Position numbers and translations under genes: made by a program | Notes under the pieces: generated by a model | What the model was told of the DNA's origin: nothing | The model's database searches: none | What the model saw: only the letters and a program-made list of their open reading frames with translations | From: Aeropyrum pernix K1 | GTDB taxonomy: Archaea > Thermoproteota > Thermoprotei_A > Sulfolobales > Acidilobaceae | Assembly: GCF_000011125.1 (NCBI RefSeq) | Contig: NC_000854.2 | Span: forward strand, 1,637,697-1,669,696 | Direction of reading: 5' to 3' | DNA: 32,000 bases | Shown: piece by piece, positions 29,172-32,000 of the stretch | Position numbering within the stretch: the first letter of the stretch is position 1 | Layout: every line of letters starts with the position of its first letter

Positions 29172-29615
29172 TTATTCTACCTTGAGTTTTCTAATTGCTT
29201 CTGTTATGCTCCATACCTCTATTATAGCATGATTTTTTATGTTGTCGAAGTCTTTATCGTTTGTAATTAGAATAGCCTTTGACCTTAGACAGGCCGCAGC
29301 GTGGTATATGTCGGCGAACTCGGTTTCTGGCATATAGGGTTTTACAATTTCTATATCTTCCTTTTTAGGCGTTACTACAGTTACCTTAGCTTCTAGCAGG
29401 CGGTATAGGGTTTCAGCTTGCTCTCTTATGTTTGGTACCCTGGAGGATAATCGGTGAAACCATTTCTTATATTCCTCCAATAATATGTTATCAGCTACTA
29501 GCTCTATGTCTGGGTCTAATAGGAGCCTTAGGAGCAGTTTTGTTGCCGCTGTGTATCCTGATTTGAAGGCTGCTATGAACAAGTTTGTGTCAACCATCAA
29601 TCTTCTCTTTGGCAA
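29172..29615 (-). CDS. vapC: PIN-domain toxin VapC
   Basis: LMVDTNLFIAAFKSGYTAATKLL, EFADIYHAAACLRSKAILITNDKDFDNI. Confidence 0.9.
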   Translation of the reverse strand: MPKRRLMVDTNLFIAAFKSGYTAATKLLLRLLLDPDIELVADNILLEEYKKWFHRLSSRVPNIREQAETLYRLLEAKVTVVTPKKEDIEIVKPYMPETEFADIYHAAACLRSKAILITNDKDFDNIKNHAIIEVWSITEAIRKLKVE

Positions 29616-29850
29616 TCTTGTTGGCCTCCTCCTCCACCTTTCTGCCGAGCTCCTCCAAGTCTAGGCCAGACCTGGCTACCTCTTCAGCTATCTCTCTGGC
29701 AAGCCTCTCCACATCCACCCTCTTCAACACTAGCAAGTCGTTTTTTACATTAATAATAATGAAAGTGTCCCCCTTTTTCAACCCCAGCTTCCTCCGGAGC
29801 CTACTAGGGATAACAATACGACCCCTATCATCTACAACGACCAGACTCAA
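29590..29850 (-). CDS. vapB: AbrB/SpoVT-like antitoxin (VapB)
   Basis: MSLVVVDDRGRIVIPSRLRRKLGLKKGDTFIII. Overlaps the toxin start. Confidence 0.93.
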   Translation of the reverse strand: MSLVVVDDRGRIVIPSRLRRKLGLKKGDTFIIINVKNDLLVLKRVDVERLAREIAEEVARSGLDLEELGRKVEEEANKIAKEKIDG

Positions 29851-30026
29851 ACATTATCACCCATTTATCCCATTTATCCCACTACTCCTATAAAAGTATA
29901 CAACACAATTCAGGCGCAGTAATGCTAAACACGTTTCCAGATTATCGTATCGGATATCTATGTCGATAGCCGCTCTTGAAGAACGTTTCCAGTTGATGGT
30001 TTCCGCTGGAAACGCTGTTTATAAGT

Positions 30027-30082
30027 CTCGGGCCTTTGGAGCTGCTGGGGCCCCCCGGTCCCGATTACCGGTGGGCCCGCTA
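30027..30082 (+). repeat. Degenerate tRNA 3'-end remnant 2
   Basis: CTCGGGCCTTTGGAGCTGCTGGGGCCCCCCGGTCCCGATTACCGGTGGGCCCGCTA: recognisable anticodon-arm-like part, CCGGT/ACCGG arm with 7-nt loop, and GGGCCCGC(T)A end. Confidence 0.7.
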
Positions 30083-30100
30083 CAAAACCCGCAAAACCAT

Positions 30101-30234
30101 CATTAACGTATGCTTAGAATATATCGATAACCGGGACCCTAAAAAGACGCCGAGCTCCTTGCAGGGTAGATTATCAGGCTGATAATACCACTAGCCTGGA
30201 AGCTTAAGGTATAACTTTTAGCCACGGTATTCTC
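30101..30234 (+). repeat. Cassette left-flank repeat, copy 2
   Basis: CATTAACGTATGCTTAGAATATATCGATAACCGGGACCCTAA...GGTAGATTATCAG...CTGGAAGCTTAAGGTATAACTTTTAGC, homologous to 27997-28134. Confidence 0.8.
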
Positions 30235-30662
30235 TTGTTGCTATAGTGTTTATGCTGTAGTGTTTGCAGGTTGCGGCTATTAATGAGTCGTTCGATAGTA
30301 GTCCGTATTTGACGGCGATCCTGCCCGCTTCTTTTACTATCTCCATGGTTATGGGTAGGACTACTAGTCTTCCTTCGTCGTAGAGTTCTTCTAGAAAGGA
30401 TTGTAGTATGACGTATCCCTGTAGTATATCCTTTTCTGTCCTGGATAGTGAGGCCCTCATATTGTAGAATCTTGTATTCACCGTACTTTTCCATGTAGAG
30501 GAGTTTTAGGAGGTTGAATGCCACCTCACTATAAACTACTATAGCGTTTACGGCAAACTTGTATCCTCCCTCAATAATATCCTTAGCAGCAAGATCACTT
30601 GTAAAGTAGCGGAGGATGACGCTACTATCCAGGAACACTGCCTCTCTCAGAGATGTACTCAT
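30204..30662 (-). pseudogene. PIN-domain toxin VapC with two frame disruptions
   Basis: N-terminus FLDSSVILRYFTSDLAAKDIIEGGYKFAVNAIVVYSEVAFNLLKLLYMEKYGEY is in one frame. RFYNMRASLSRTEKDILQGYVILQSF...SNDSLIAATCKHYSINTIATRE is in the neighbouring frame (track ORF 30218..30481). The C-terminal RIPWLKVIP returns to the first frame. Confidence 0.8.
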
Positions 30663-30855
30663 AATAATCCTCCTCCCCAGTCTCTCGTTTTCTCACCTTC
30701 ACAATACCGAAGAACCGTCTAACACCTTTACTGCCGCTCCTCTCTTTTATTTCAAGGATAAGCTCCTCTCCTTCTTCCAGGTCGAGAGGCTCCAATGGCT
30801 TTAGCATGCCCTTTTCATACTTAGCGCGAATAACCTTAGACACTGCAACCACCAT
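30625..30855 (-). CDS. DUF104/AF2212-like antitoxin
   Basis: VSKVIRAKYEKGMLKPLEPLDLEEGEELILEIKE, similar to the cassette 1 antitoxin. Confidence 0.88.
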   Translation of the reverse strand: MVVAVSKVIRAKYEKGMLKPLEPLDLEEGEELILEIKERSGSKGVRRFFGIVKVRKRETGEEDYYEYISERGSVPG

Positions 30856-30877
30856 TGGCTATAAGGCGGGATCGATC

Positions 30878-31000
30878 CTCTAAGCCTTTACCCTAAGTAC
30901 GTTGCATATCTATCTATCTATTATGATAGGATGCTTGGATTATCTAGATGGAGTATATGTTGTATTCATCCATGCACTAATGCAAGACTAGTATTTATAG
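30878..31000 (+). repeat. Cassette right-flank repeat, copy 2
   Basis: CTCTAAGCCTTTACCCTAAGTACGTTGCAT...TAGATGGAGTATATGTTGTAT...TAATGCAAGACTAGTATTTATAG, homologous to 28978-29097. Confidence 0.8.
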
Positions 31001-31055
31001 CGCTGTTCTTCGGAGCCGGCGGCTCGCGGGTTCAAACTCGCGTCGGGGCTGCTGA
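31001..31055 (+). repeat. tRNA-Arg 3'-end remnant 3
   Basis: 31008-31022 CTTCGGAGCCGGCGG is identical to the tRNA-Arg(TCG) anticodon region 27934-27948; followed by GCGGGTTCAAACTCGC T-arm-like sequence. Confidence 0.85.
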
Positions 31056-31142
31056 ATCATTACTAATTATCCTAATTATTTGATAGTATCCTTCTAATAG
31101 CGAGTTCTTTTAGACGTCTGTTATAGCTAACAGTGCATAATA

Positions 31143-31442
31143 TTATGATGTGAGTGGATAGGATTCTATGGTGCTTGATGTAATTATTATGAGGCGGGGT
31201 TTCTCCTTTAGTAACTCTAGGGCTTTTACTATATTTCTTGCTAATTTATCTAGGTTGTCTTTCCTTACGGGTTCAGCTATATAGATTATTCCGTACTTGG
31301 CATCCTTTCTTAGGTAGGGTTTGAGGAAGTCACTGTCCCGTGTGAGAATTATTCTCCTGCTGTCGTTGGCTATGCGTGCTACTTGCTTGTCGCTGATGCC
31401 TCTATAGCCTGTATCTGGTATCCACTCTACATCGAGGCCCAT
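31143..31442 (-). CDS. DUF5615 PIN-like (VapC45-type) toxin; annotated start misses conserved N-terminus
   Basis: GYRGISDKQVARIANDSRRIILTRDSDFLKP. The same frame upstream encodes LLADENVPRPLVKLLRDMGLDVEW but has no ATG/GTG/TTG. Confidence 0.8.
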   Translation of the reverse strand: MGLDVEWIPDTGYRGISDKQVARIANDSRRIILTRDSDFLKPYLRKDAKYGIIYIAEPVRKDNLDKLARNIVKALELLKEKPRLIIITSSTIESYPLTS

Positions 31443-31482
31443 ATCCCTAAGAAGTTTTACAAGGGGCCGGGGTACATTCTCG

Positions 31483-31749
31483 TCAGCTAGTAGATTCGAC
31501 GGCGACCACCTCGACTTTCCTTAGAGTTTCCAGCGCGTATCGTAGGGCCTCGTAGACCGCCTCTATTGGTATGCGGTAATTATCGGCAACCTCTTCTACA
31601 CTCCATCCATTGGCTAGCGCCTCGAGTATGTCATCTACTGTTATGCGTGTTCCCTTAACGGTTGGCCTACCGCCACGCCTACCAGGCACAACCTCTAGCC
31701 ACTTATATCCTGGCAAGAGAACCATAACAGCATTCACCAACAACAACAA
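31483..31749 (-). CDS. DUF433 antitoxin (VapB45-type)
   Basis: GRPTVKGTRITVDDILEALANGWSVEEVADNYRIPIEAVYEALRYALE. Confidence 0.88.
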   Translation of the reverse strand: MLLLVNAVMVLLPGYKWLEVVPGRRGGRPTVKGTRITVDDILEALANGWSVEEVADNYRIPIEAVYEALRYALETLRKVEVVAVESTS

Positions 31750-32000
31750 CTGCTCTAACAGGCTATAGCCTTTATCCTATCAATTCAATCCCAAATGGAT
31801 AATTATTCGGAGGTTAACCAGATATAATACCATTAATTTCAGGGCATTAATCTACAATAGAATTGTTCTTATTTTCAATTGTTGAGGCTTAATTACCTAT
31901 ACAAGTCAAAGTAAAGTTAAGAACACATTCTCCTATCATCATAGTTAGCAATACTAGAATCTAACAACTCATACCATAATTAAAGACACAACGATTATTT

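Larger units (their letters stand above)
27979..31055. mobile_element. Array of three ~1-kb TA-carrying cassettes anchored to the tRNA-Arg 3' end
   Basis: Each cassette ends in a tRNA 3'-end remnant (29150, 30082, 31055). Cassettes 1 and 3 share left and right flank sequences. No integrase or transposase ORF. Confidence 0.7.

Noticed and set aside
27979-32000. Split SSV-type integrase (int-N/int-C) expected at cassette ends
   Set aside because: Tyrosine recombinase motifs were looked for in the ORFs and obvious reading frames; none found, so no integrase is claimed.
1-32000. CRISPR array
   Set aside because: No regularly spaced 24-37 bp direct repeats seen. The short repeats near 6288 and 28978-31000 do not have spacer-like organisation.

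Overview
This window reads as a chromosomal segment of a hyperthermophilic crenarchaeon, probably Aeropyrum-like (inference from protein flavour and GTG/TTG starts; no search was run). From 1 to 27.9 kb it is mostly ordinary metabolism and transport: a truncated radical SAM gene, a DrrAB-type ABC exporter, flavin reductase-like and lipoate ligase-like proteins, a GltPh-type symporter, an MBL hydrolase, a BMP-type nucleoside ABC importer, TusA-like and rhodanese genes, a Tes-type tetraether lipid synthase, an arginine-deiminase-fold hydrolase, an acetyl-CoA synthetase split by an in-frame TAA, a Tat-exported TtrABC/PsrABC-like molybdoenzyme operon with a TorD-like chaperone, and an MFS transporter. 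The most interesting region is 27.9-31.75 kb. An intact tRNA-Arg(TCG) is followed by three cassettes of about 1 kb, each ending in a tRNA 3'-end remnant (29098-29150, ~30027-30082, ~31001-31055) and each carrying a toxin-antitoxin module. Another TA-like pair lies beyond the last remnant. Cassettes 1 and 3 share conserved outer flanks but carry different toxins, and cassette 1 keeps a decayed fragment of a cassette-3-type toxin. All three cassettes end in the same layout: motif, 52-58 bp, motif, 21-22 bp, inverted motif, TTTATA, tRNA remnant. The motif sequence differs in the middle cassette although its spacing is kept. No integrase is visible. I propose this as a candidate array of non-autonomous, tRNA-anchored toxin-antitoxin cassettes.
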